This document shows, piece by piece, positions 1-12,085 of a DNA stretch of 64,000 nt. The first letter of the stretch is position 1. Every line of letters starts with the position of its first letter. The translations under genes and the position numbers were made by a program. The notes under the pieces are model-generated. The model worked only from the letters and a program-made list of their open reading frames with translations. It did not search any database and was not told the origin of the DNA. Source of the DNA: Marsupella aquatica (lineage: Eukaryota > Plantae > Marchantiophyta); NCBI GenBank assembly GCA_973895155.1, contig OZ316891.1, positions 14,477,037 to 14,541,036 on the forward strand, read 5' to 3'.

Positions 1-224
1 CACTGTCAATATTCTGAGATGGACAGATGAGATCAGGTGTTGATGAACATGGGAGATACAGTTCACTTTAAACCAATGGTACTTTACATTAGTCAAATTG
101 TTTTTTGAGCTTTCATAATATTGTTCATGTGCTACTAGGGGAACATGTACGTATCTTAAGATGCTTCTAACCAGATTTTTAGCCATAATTATGTGCTCTC
201 AAGTTCATTTCGGTTGAATTTTTT

Positions 225-982
225 TACGCTAGTGGCTCTCATGGAGATCCAGTTGTTGAACAAATTTTAAGAAAACTTCCTTTGAATAACTTTACAATGA
301 CCACCAAAGGTAAACTGAAAGAATTTCATGACTCCAGAAGATTTGAAAAGGACAAGTGTCAAGAATACCTGGTAGTTGTCATGCTGGGACATTAAGCTTT
401 CTTATGACAAAGAGACAAAGAAAGAATCTTAAAGTTAGTTGTGACCCTAAAGAAGTTGCTTATATTTCTGTCATAAACAGATTGTAGACCAGGATCAGCT
501 TTCTTTACAGGCATTTTGAAGCATACATACGGACCTGTCCCACTCCCACATGAAGTGCAGGTTCTGTATGACACATCATATGCTCCTGATGTTGGACAGA
601 ACAGCCAGGACGAAGTGAAGATCGGGACAAATGAAGGGAATTTAAACTTTGAAGCTGCTGTTGTCCTCTGAATAATTTAGAACCACGACAACACTTTGTT
701 CTTGGTGACTGGCTATTTCCGAGCTGGTCTAAGATTCAGGATTCTATCTGGTGTTTTGCCAGGCAGCTGGATGCTGTTGGTTTTTTGGTCTTTCAGCATG
801 TGATAGTTTCTTCTGAAACTGAAGCGATTGAGATTGTCGAAAGACACAGAAATAATAAATTGATTAAAAATCCACCAGCACCAGCTGGGCCAACTAAGTA
901 TCGCTACACAAACTTTCCACGTGAAAAGCAAGATCATTTTCATATGCCTGAAGTGGATAGACAAGCAGGAGAAATGCATTAA
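225..982 (+). pseudogene. Frameshifted coding-like remnant of unknown family
   Basis: Consecutive stop-free segments in shifting + frames: FYASGSHGDPVVEQILRKLPLNNF...; TDCRPGSAFFTGILKHTYGPVPLPHEVQVLYD...; and 653-982 ...NNLEPRQHFVLGDWLFPSWSKIQDSIWCFARQLDAVGFLVFQHV...EMH*. No family recognised. Confidence 0.3.
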
Positions 983-2702
983 CAGATTCAGGTAGCTCAA
1001 ATAAGAGATTTGAAACTCATATATATACCTAGAATCCTCACGGAAGCTGCAATCGTTTCTCGGCGTTACTTGCTGGTCTCAGGATTGTTCACAAACGCAC
1101 TTGGTTCCGAGACTTTTCTTCCATTATCTGTCTCGATGCTCCAAGCTGTTGGAGCCGGATCTACTTGCTGAGGACCTAGCAGGTGGATTTAAGTCACTGG
1201 TGCGGCAAGATGGGCTACTGCATCAGAAATGATGTTTATGAAAAAACAAAGCCTTTGAGAGTCTCTGGACAAGATAGAAAAGTCGTTTAAGATTGTCAGG
1301 AAACGACGTTCTAGCACATTACAAGATATTTGTGCTGCGTCTAAAGTACAACAAAGACTGCAAGACAGTTCATTGCAGTGTAGGCCTCATAGAATGTACT
1401 CCACACTAAGCTGCTAAAGCTGCCGAGCAATGGTCTTTTTCGTTCTCTGCACATTTTCAAGCTGCACAGCCCTGATGCGAGCACATTCTCTGGCTGCGTG
1501 ACCATGAAGTAAGCATTCTCTGTCCAACCCAAAAGTTTTATATGCCTCTGCATTATCAACGGTCTTGATGCAGCCACCTTGGCCCAAGAAACGAAGGAGC
1601 AGTAAGCACTCCACGAATAACAACAACGATAAATTCTACGAGGCTATCAGATAGAGGAGCATTCTTATCAATGCGTTGAACAATATCAACATCCAGCTCC
1701 TCCTAGTAGGCAGAGACATAACTCACTAGATAATCGATTTGGCTAAAGATGATGAGTTTTTCACAATATCAAGTCCATACGACACACATGGGATTTGCCA
1801 ACTACAACTCAGCGCCTTCTTACGTTGTACCAAATGATTGTCTTCATCTTTTTGTTCAGCAGAAGAGATCAACGCGAAGTTGAAGACCGGAGCTTAATCC
1901 ACACCCGTAATTCCTCCCGAGACAACAACTTCAAGTTCTTTGTCATCCAATCGCATGCACAATCCTTTGTTTAAAGACAACGGCAGGCAAATCACAAAGC
2001 CAGCCATCACAAATAGCCTCAAGTTGGCTGACATACGAGAAAAGGACACCAGACCTGGAAAATGCAAGGTTCGAGTGAGGGACTGTAGGGAGGGCAAGTG
2101 TGTCCGGCTCACATAACATCAGGCCCTGAGCGGAACTTAATTCGGTCTTGCAGAGATTATGATGGATGAGAATACCTTCAAGTGACTAGAATCTCCTAAT
2201 GTGAAGTTGTCAACGCGAAGAGGATAGCTGAAATTCCAAATCTCATAGGAAGAAGGAGAATCCTGCTTCTGCAACTTTCCTTCAGCGTACATAGATAACA
2301 AACCTCGTTTGCAGCCAAACAGAGTGGATCAGAAGAAGACTTGGATCAGAAGAAAACTAGTAGGAAGATTGACTAGTCAGGAAAACACCTAGCTTCAGCA
2401 TGCAAAGCATAAATTAAAAGCGAGAACCAGCCAACCACGCCAAAATTCTCAAACCAGTCAGTCGTGATATCCAATCCCATGAACATGAGCTGCTGGAAGG
2501 TGTGTGCAACATAAACTTGCATACAAGCCACGGCGAGAGAAGTTGGTTTCATGTTCAGAATCATTACTTTCGTGAATGCAGCCATGACCGTGTAGCCAAG
2601 TTGGTATCTTTAACATGTCCAAGAAACATTTCAGATTAAGAAAAGTCTCACAAGAAGTTACAGGAGCAAGCAGTTTCTTAGAAACTTACTCCAGCCAGCT
2701 CA

Positions 2703-5700
2703 CTATGTGCTGACTCCATAAACTCGTATGCGCTGCTTAATAGGTGTCCTGCAGGAAGGGCAATCTCTCATGCCTTGTTTCTCATGGAGGTCGTTGCATT
2801 TCACACAAACCACCTGATGAGCACAAGGCAAGAAAACCACAGACATTTCTTCACACATGCACATGACACATTCTCGTTCCCTGTGGACATCACGCCGTGC
2901 CATGTCCTGCAATTCCGCTATTTCCCTAGCAAGCCGATTGTTGCTCTCCTTTAAAGCCTGTAAGCTGCTAAGTTCCATCATATGAGGAGTGACTGCCACC
3001 CCAGGGCCCCATCTCGAGGTTGCCAATTGCGCTGCCTCTGCTGAGGTTCTAAATTGCGAAATTTCACTTTCCAGCCGCTGGATATCATCGCGGTGTCGCT
3101 GATAGTTAGACTCGGCTTTCCTGCGTAAAGATTCCTCTCGCTTCTTTGCTGCTGTTTCAGCTTGCTCCCTTGCTCTTCTTTCGTGATCTGCTCGGAGAAC
3201 GGCGTCTTCTTTGGCCTTTTCTTCTTGCCGCCACCTCACCTGCACAAATACCAAAAGGCAACTATGCATGGGCTGGGCAACCAAGGACATACAATAATCA
3301 CCCATCCACAATCTGCTTCAAGAATCCCCTCTTGAACCCAACACATGGAGCAGCGTGATCATTCAAGGGACTGACTAACCTCAGCCTGTTGTTGCCGTTC
3401 TTTGGCAAGTATCAACTGCTGCTGTAGAGCAACAATTTTTCGTTTTTCGTCAGACAGTGTCTCTTGCAACTGGGCCTTGTGCTTCTCCCATGCCTGCGCT
3501 CTTTTAATGCTCTTCTTTTCTCGGCTCGCCATTTCGTGACACGAAGATTGAGCCTCGGCAGCACTCAACTTAGCAGCCTGCATCTCTGCACGGATCTCCG
3601 CATTCTCTGCATCAAGTTTCTTGACGGATTTATTTGCCTCATCAAGCTGGCTTTTGGCCTTCCGCAAAGCACTGTCTGACTCAGTTAATTTTTTCACCGT
3701 ACTGTCCTCCAGGGCCTGCTTATCCTTCTTCAGGCGCAGTGCTTCATCCCGCTCACGCCTTAATTCCTTAAGTTCCTGAAGATCTTTACTCAACTTCCGT
3801 GCAGCCTGCATGATCCTCTGTCTGGCCCATTCTTTTTGCTCTTGAAGTTGGGTTTCAAGCTCCTTCGAACGATGTACAAGTTTCACAATCAATTCTTCCT
3901 TCTGGTCTTCCACTTGCCCTTTCCCCGACACGGAAGTAGTAGTCTCGTTTCTGCTGCTGATGCACTCTGCTGGAGCTGCCTCGGGGGATGATTCCGACGT
4001 GGTAGTAGCATTCTCCTTGGCGACACGCTCTTCCGAAGCAGCATCCGTCGTCTGCGCAGCTTGTAAAAACGCCTGCAACGTTTCACGAGTGATGACAGTC
4101 CCATCCACAGAGGTGGATGTAGTGGTGATCTCACCATCACATTCTCCTGGTGGAAGGTTAGACGACGGCACTATGTCGACAGCTGGGTCGTCGACAGTCC
4201 CAAACTTTACCGCAGGAGGAGAGCTTGTGCCTTCCTTAGGCGGATCAGTAACCAAGCGGGTAGCCTCGGGAAGTTGTAAGCTAATCGAAGAGTTATCCTC
4301 CTGCGAAGAGATCATCTCACTTGTTGCTATTGCTGTTGTTGTTCTTGTCTCACAATTCGCAGGTTGTGGCGCACTGACAGAACAATTCCCCGATTGTTTC
4401 TCTGCGCTTGAGAGAACTTTATCAGTTGTCGCTAAAAGCAATTCAGCCCCTTGCAATTGCTCAGACTCTGAAATCGTCCGTTGGTTCGATTCGGTATTAT
4501 CCAAGTTGTCTTCAAGCTCCTTAATTTCTTCGCGAACGTCATCATCCGTAACTTGTGGTGACGGCTCTCGAGCAGGCTCCCGGATTTTTGTTGAGGGCTG
4601 TTGCAGAATATTTTCTTTCTTTTCAGATTCCGTGATGGACCCTTCGTGCTCTTGATGAACCCTTTCATCAACTTTCGAAGAAGGTATGGCCGGCATGTCT
4701 GGAGAATTAGTCAGACCCTCTACCGTTTCGTCCTGCTCCTGCTCCTGCTCCTGCTCATCCGCGTCATCGTCGTAATTCACCTCGCTCGATATACAATCAC
4801 CACCTCTGGCCTCCTCATAATCCGTAACCTTCTTCGAGGTACCTTCTTCGCTGGCGGGTAATTCTTCCAATTTTGAGGATGTCTCGTCTGTATTTAGTCC
4901 CCTAGACGAGACGGGGGAGGAATGCGGTATGGAGTCCAACCGGGACAGAAGCGAAACGTCTGAACTTGGCAACAGAGAAGAAGGATTTTGGGGAGGTGAC
5001 GTTTGTGACTTTGTAGCCGCTGGTGAAGGAGAAATTGGCGGAGGGACTACGGAAGGCAGAGAAGGGGTGTTGAAAGCAGCGGACGAAGTTGAAGGTGGAT
5101 GCATAGAGCGAGGTGAGCTATTGGAAGAGTTCATGGGAGAAGAGCTGGTGGGATGGGTGGAGTTGTTTGGCGGCGGAGTAGTCGTAGTTGGCAAAGAGCT
5201 TGAACCGACAACAACTCTGCCCCCCGCCTGTCCGGACGATAAGTGATTGTTCGTAGGAGGCGGGGGGCCATCCGGAAATGGTTGTTGTTGTTCCTTGCTC
5301 ACAGGAGGAGGAAGAGCAGAATCATCCATGACGCAAGCCATTGGCACGTTCATGTCACTCATAAGCAGGCACCACATCGCCTCGCCTTTACTGAGCGAAG
5401 GGCGCACTTCTCTCAAGAGTCCTACCATTTGAGCAAGGCTGTATTTATGCAACTCTGTTAAATCAGAGAAAATTCTATCATCTCCGGGACTGCTGCTTTC
5501 ATTATCATCCGTGGTAGGGGTAGCAGCAGCAGTATATGGCTGCCTTTTGCCGGTCATATAGGCCAAAGAATTTTCCACAATGTTGGAGACTGGATCCTTG
5601 CCTCCGCAGCAGCGCCCATGCCTCAGCACAGCCCTGAGAGCCTCTTCCGCACTATGACCAGACGCCACTATTTTATTAATTGCTTCATCGTAGATTGAGC

Positions 5701-6334
5701 CTAAATTCTTCACGAGAAGGTCTTCAAATTCACATTCGGCGTCGTCCCACTCTTCTTCCTCTGCCTCGTAAAACTCATTGGAGCCTTCTTCCAAAGCCTT
5801 GTTGCCATTGTGCCCATGCGCCCCCGCTGTTGATTCCTCGGGGAGGTGCTTTCCATCGCATCCTGCTATGCCTGAGCCTGCGCTCAGCGGTTTACCTGCC
5901 CTTGTTGCTTGCCCAGAGCGAAATCTCATCAACTTCACTTGGTCATGCTGGAAAGATCTGGTAGACGTGGTCACCTCATTTTTGCCCTTGTTGGTAGGGG
6001 AGTTGGAGCTAGAGATGGTTGTTCCATCACCATCACTTCCATTCCGACTACTGGACGAATCGGTGGGGACACAAGTACTACTATTTTTCGACGATGTGAC
6101 AACTTCCACAGATCTAGTAATCGTAGACTCCGGTATCCAGTTGCTCTCACCCTCACTCGAAGCATCGGCATTACTGTTTCCGCTACCGCAAATATTATGT
6201 TCATCACTACTCCCCTGATTTCTGGGGAACGGGGGATCATGACGAAACTTCCTCTTATTCCGACTACATTTCTCTCGTGCAGCGACGATACCTGCCGCTG
6301 AACTCGTTGCCATTTCGGAAGACAAGCTCCTCAT
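2703..6334 (-). CDS. RING-type E3 ubiquitin ligase, RF4/RF298/MIP1/PIR family (about 1163 aa, 2 coding exons)
   Basis: Exons 6334-3380 and 3239-2703; 140-nt phase-0 intron GAG|GTTAGT...TGTGCAG|GTG. N-terminal RNKRKFR motif, PIR2-like helical region (EDLLVKNLGSIYDEAINKIVASGHS...GKDPVSNIVENSL; LREVRPSLSKGEAMWCLLMSDMN), coiled coil (KEWARQRIMQAARKLSKDLQELK) and C-terminal C3HC4 RING (CVMCMCEEMSVVFLPCAHQVVCVKCNDLHEKQGMRDCPSC). Alternative ATG at 6313. Confidence 0.93.
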
Positions 6335-7599
6335 CTTTTGACGCCCGCCCGCCCGACGTCCCTCAGAGCCCTATTACAGCTACACCAACTACACAAGTAG
6401 AGAAAATTGTTCGCTCGAGCTTCAGTAACGAATCTATGTCCGCAATTATTATACATACAATTTCACTCCTCCATCGGTGTGCAGGTTCCACATGCAAGAT
6501 TCTTTCCGAAATTTTGAAATTCCATCCGTCCCGCAAGTAAATTCAGCAACATATAGACTAAGTTACAACGACTTGTAGTTCGGTTGCAATTGACAGGCAG
6601 AACTGCTCCCAATTAAAATCCAAAGCCCCTACGCCCCAAGAGAACACTGTAAAAATTCCAACTGTACAAAACAATGGTACGAATCCAATCCCGCCGGTCA
6701 AAACCAAAGTTGTCCGCCCCAAACAACTCCGGCAGGCGCACTCAGCGGCTGACCTCCAATTGAATTCCACAATTTCTCAGCAATCCACAGAGAAAGCGAC
6801 AAAAATCAGCTCGGACTCTCAAAGCCGAAACGAACTCACCACTCCCGAGATGAGCCAGACTATCGTCGCTCTCGCTAGGGTCCACGAGATGGCAGACGAC
6901 GATGTTGATAAGGCAAGAGGAGGAGGGAGAAAGGGGAAGAGGAGGAGGAGGAGGAGAGGCGAAGAAGATGGCAATCGAAATAGAGCCAGCCACCGAGCGA
7001 GCGAGCGAGCGCCGTCAGAGAAAGGGTTACAGATTCACTACTAAATCAAAACGTTGTCCGCAGCAAAGCCACAAACACACACAAGGAGAAGAAGCCCTGT
7101 CCCTCACACATCAAAACACGGAAACAGACCAACAACACGACCTTCCAGTACCTGCAAACAATAATACTCGATCAAAACTCCACTCGAAGCCAATCGAAGA
7201 CATTTAACAGCACCGCCACGCCCCACTCTGCCGTCACCGCACCGTGCCCCGCCCTCTGAAACAGCCTCCACTTCTCAATTCCAGCTCGCTTGCCACTCCC
7301 TTTCCAATAAATGAAACGATGATCGGACACAAGCGATGGCACTCGAGCTCCGCTTCGCTCTCCTATCTCATCCTCGTCTCGTCTCTCCTCTCGTCTCCTC
7401 TCCGTGTATACGTGTATGCCCACCCCAACGAGTTCGGTCCTCCGGTCCCTATCCAGCGGATCCATCCTTTACTCACCTGGAATCACGAAGTTCACATCGG
7501 TCATACTCTCTACTCTCCACAGGTAGCTTCTATCCCACGGATTTCTGTCGCCCTTTCTCGATCAGACCGTCGTGTTTTTCTGTGAGTCCTCACCCCCCG

Positions 7600-7631
7600 A
7601 CCCAACCCAACCCAACCCAACCCAACCCAAC
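7600..7631. repeat. (CCCAA)n pentanucleotide microsatellite
   Basis: About 6 tandem CCCAA units read directly. Confidence 0.9.
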
Positions 7632-9863
7632 TCCCGACCCGACCATCTCTCCGTGCTCTTCGGATCCAACCAACCGGCAGGGAAATCGCAGTCACACTCA
7701 CCGTCCATGCGACGGTGCCCACCGACAACCCCGTCACTCGCCGTCGGTTCGAAGCTCTGTCCTCTGGATCCGCATTTTCCGCAGCCCGAGGGTCGTTGAA
7801 TTCATGCATTGCGTACCGTACAGTATCCCGGTTTCTCGGGAAGGAACCTTGTTGCCTCGAAGAGTCGAAGTGAATCCCCTTTTCTCATGTGGTAACTCCG
7901 GGACCAATGGTTTTCACGGCTCCCCGATCGATGCATCGCTGACGGATTCTATAAGACGGCCTCGTCGGGAATGTCACGACTCACGAGTCACCGTTTCTTC
8001 CATCTGGACCGTCACAAGCGCCACCTAGTTCGAATGGTGTAGATCAGTGGTTAGCGGAATATTCTATGATCTGCTTGGATTCCGAGCCGCGTAGGCATCG
8101 TTTTGCCGTTTGCGGTCGGGAATGGGTGATCGGGAACTTAAATGTCGATGGATGGTGAAGTGACAGGAAAAACGCTTTTCGAGAAGGGGAAAGTGTCAAT
8201 TACTCCTAGAAGTTATCGTGACTACAATATCTATGAAGTTGTCTATTTTCAAAATGGTTTACGGTACAAAGGCATGCATGGAAAAGAGACCTCCTGTTAG
8301 TTTTGATACAAAGTGTACAGCTAGACCAGGCTGTGACCAGGGATCTGACCAGAATAGTTTAATCTAAAATCTACAATACTTTCTGGGCCGTTAATCATGA
8401 ACTAGATCTAACCTGGGAGATAACAAACTTATCCTTAAAGTTTTATAATTACAAGAATATCATCCCTAGCTATGGTGTGTCACTGCCTATAGCTTAGCCA
8501 ATCCACAAAGAAATTGCAATAGTGACCAAATTTAAACCACCCAGACTTCTACATATAATTGATTCCAAATAATGGAGCTCCTCACATCTGAGCTTGAATT
8601 GACTGATCTAATCTGACCTAATTTCGGTCGGATGAAACTTATCAAATGTAGGGTCCTTTCATGAATTTCAAACTCTAGAGCTATTTTGTGTACCTAGTTT
8701 TGGGGGCCGGGGGGGGGGGGCCTGAGGACAGCTCGTTAGTAAGGTATTTTGGGGCAGTTCTGATGCCAGAATGGACCTTTTAATCCGATTGTATCTTTAA
8801 AAAGCAATGATTGATGATGTGCACAGAAGGCGCCACCGCAGCACATTAGTGCACAGTGTTGAATACTATGCCGTACTTGGTACCACTTATTCGGCTACCA
8901 GCTCAGCCAATTCCCATCCTGCCGAGCCTCCGTCAACCGTCGGGTGGTATGTGGATGCCGTTGGGTTGCTGTCCGTCAGAGGGGCGCTGTGGCGGACCTC
9001 CATTGGCGTTGAGGTAGCTCTGGCTCCGGACCCAGGTGCTACGGCATAGCATCGGACCTCTTTCCTAACTCAGATCAGTCGAGCTCTCCAGGTCGTAAGT
9101 TGACGCTCCCCTTATCCGCTGCGCAGCCCGTGCTGTCCATGGCCTTCGTGTGGTGGACATGTGTCTGTGGTCAGGATTCAAACCTGACCCGTGCAATTCA
9201 GATGATCAGGGTAAATTTACCTGACCCGTGCTGCCGTGCAATTCAGCTGATCAGGGTAAACTTTAAGGTTTTTCTGTACCGTCATTGGTAATAGTGGGTA
9301 AAAGATGCTAGCAATATTACTTCTGTGATTTTCAGAGATCAATTTGTGATCGTTAGATCTCCCTAAGATTGAGAATGTCGTCAGATTCTGATTAGTGGGG
9401 TCTGTGGGTAGGTTGGAAATCGGCTAATTGAAGTGAATAGATTGTGACCCGTGCAATTGAATTGATCAATGTAATTTCCAAGGTGTTTTTCATTTCACCT
9501 CGGAAAGAGAAGATGCTAAAATTATTCCTTATCTAGCTTTCATAAATTAACTTATGACCATTAGATCTCCCTAGAAGGATAAAGGTCAGATTCTGGCTGA
9601 GGGGGTTGCGGCTAAGTGTGAAACTGGCTTATCTACGTTAAAAATCTGACTAATTTTTGCCAACAACTGCTAATACTTTTCAGAGTCCTTAAATTGGGCA
9701 TGCTAAGAATAGTCCCTGTCTAATTTTTCATAGATTAATTTTGAGTGTTAGATGATTTGAATTTGAGGACAACCACCAGATTCTGGCTAACTGAAGTAAA
9801 AAGGCCAGGCTTCAATTTCCTAATAGTATTGAAGGAACCCAGAGCTTAGATTGACCGAGACAT

Positions 9864-9900
9864 ATCCCATCCCATCCCATCCCATCCCATCCCATCCCAT
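9864..9900. repeat. (ATCCC)n pentanucleotide microsatellite
   Basis: About 7 tandem ATCCC units read directly. Confidence 0.9.
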
Positions 9901-10517
9901 GCCTAAAGTTGCCAGCAAGTTTACACCCAAAGGACAAGGGACTGGCTGCATTTGGGATGGGATTTTGGGAATTTGAAGGATTCTGTGAGTAGTTTGGGCC
10001 TGGCTGCATTTGGGATGGTTTTTTAGAAAGTAGATTTCTTTTTGTGAAGGATTCTGTGAGTAGTTTGGGCCTTAGCAGAAACATGTTTTTTTAAATGTTC
10101 TTTTGTATCTGCCTGCTTTGGTCATGACACCGTTTGGTAACAAAGGACACCTGGAGTAGACTGCACAACAGCAACACTAAGCATGGTTCTTGTATAGATT
10201 GATATAAGGAAAAAAAAGTCCCATTTGAGCATTGGCAACTGATACTACAAAATGCGGAGTAAACTAACTGAAACAGGCTGCAAAGCCCACTGCAACGCCC
10301 GCTGCAAAGGGTCAAGAGGTTTTTTTATTTTAAATTAGTGAGTTACTTGCCAAAATCAGCAGTGCAGATCTCACCATACATAGAGCTAACAATCATAATT
10401 TTACCATACAAAAGTTTTGCCGCCTACCCATCCAACACTCAGAAGGATACATTGCTTCCAAACTCGAACAGCCAGTGTCCCTGAACCTGTGGGAAGACAA
10501 AACAGACTTCTCTTTCA

Positions 10518-11030
10518 TTGTCAAGAACACAACTAATTAAGGTGACCTGGATGAAGCTATGGGAGGACAAAATAGTATTTTCTTACTTTGTCAAGAACAT
10601 GACTGATTATGATGACCCTGGATGAAGATATGGGAAGACAATAATTATAGTCTTTTCTTACTTTGTCAAGAACATGACTAATTAAGGTGACCTGGATGAA
10701 GGTCAGAGGACAAATAGTCTTTACTGACTGTGTCAAGAACATGATGGCAATCTGGATCCACCATAATGGCATAGTTTTCCTTGGTGGCAGTGTACCTTTC
10801 ACTTCAGTTTGGTGGAATCGGGCTAATTTTCGTCACTAAAAAAAGGTTGGAACTATGGCTCCAGGCTGCTTGCAAGGGCTGAACTCTGGAGGCTGATGAG
10901 AAGCTATTCGCCCAAGAACATGACTAATTATGACGACCTGGATGAAGCCATAGGACGACAAAATCCTCTTTTCTTACTTTGTCAAGCATATGACTAATTA
11001 TAGTGATCTGGATCCACCATAATGGGATAG
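10518..11030. repeat. Degenerate tandem array, unit about 70 bp
   Basis: Recurring TTGTCAAGAACATGACTAATTA.GGTGACCTGGATGAAG...GACAA at about 10518, 10588, 10663, 10730, 10914 and 10979. Confidence 0.8.
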
Positions 11031-11669
11031 TTTTTCTCAGCAGCAGTGTGCTCAGTTATTTGGCTAAATTTTGCCACTAGAACTTGTCTCCCCATTTGGC
11101 ATTTTTGTACTTTGGCCATGTGATATCATTACTAATAAATTGCAATCAAAATCTAATGTAATGGCTATAATCTAGGGTGCAGCCTCTAGCCCATGACTCT
11201 GGGAAGGCAACCAAAAATTGGGGTGGGGGCGAAAAGTGACAAGGGGGTGGCGGGGCGAGTATACACACTGACTAAAGATTGAATGCAAATATGTGAACTA
11301 GATGGACTAAATGCAAGGAGTTGGTCCGGCAACCAGCTAAAGATTGAATGCAAGTATGTGAACTAGATGGAGTGAATGCAAGTAGAAGCAGTTGATTGGG
11401 CAACCAGTTGATATTAATTTTTGAACAAGTACATTGAGGAGTAGCTGGTGCTAGGGTGCTGGCCATGGAGCTACATGATGGAGCTGCATTTTTTTGTTCT
11501 CAACCTCTATTCATGTTCAAAGAGCAGGTATCGGGCTAGTTTAACGGCTAGTTTAACTATAAAAAGAGCAGGCATTCAGGCTAGTATAACTAGAAAAAGG
11601 TTGGAACTATGGCCCAAGGCTGATTGCAAGGGTTGGTGGACTATGGAGGCTGCTAATGAGAAGCTACTT

Positions 11670-12085
11670 GGGTGTGTCAAAACAGCACCACAAGTGAGAT
11701 AAGGTGAAGGCCATAAAACTGTTTTATGGGCAAGACACAACTCCAGCCAAGGGCATAAAACTATTTTGTGGGCTTGACACAACTCCAGCCAAGGGCCTAA
11801 AACTATTTTATGGGCAAGACTCAACTCCAGCCAAGGCCATAAACCTGTTTTACTCCTTAAAATAAGGCATGCCAAAGTATAGCCTCAAGGAAAGCCTTAT
11901 GGCTCTAAATTTTTGGACATATTATTATTATGTGATGTGTATTTAGGTATCCTGGCCATAAAACAATTTTATGACCTTGGTTGTATCTCACTTATGGCGC
12001 TATTTTGACGCGCCCTATTGGCCGTCTATTTTGACATGCCCTATTGGCCGTCTTATCTCACTTCTGGAGCTATTTTGACATGCCC
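11670..12085. mobile_element. MITE family A (GGGCRTGTCAAA TIR; Tourist/PIF-like by inference) with internal 42-bp repeats
   Basis: Left end GGGTGTGTCAAAACAGCACCACAAGTGAGATA (11670) is inverted relative to TATCTCACTTATGGCGCTATTTTGACGCGCCC (ends 12015). Extra right-end copies run to 12085; three internal CATAAAACT.TTTT.TGGGC..GAC.CAACTCCAGCCAA units. Confidence 0.7.

Noticed and set aside
1000-2600. Short minus-strand ORFs (1341-1577, 1414-1626, 1894-2112, 2373-2585)
   Set aside because: No recognisable motif and no consistent exon chain; may be RING 3' UTR or decayed sequence.
3146-6301. Plus-strand and alternate-frame ORFs over the RING gene (e.g. 3960-4655)
   Set aside because: Antisense or off-frame shadows of a long coding exon.
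7244-8028. 230-aa plus-strand ORF and overlapping ORFs
   Set aside because: Start from non-ATG or weak starts, run through microsatellites in GC-rich promoter/leader DNA and show no domain.
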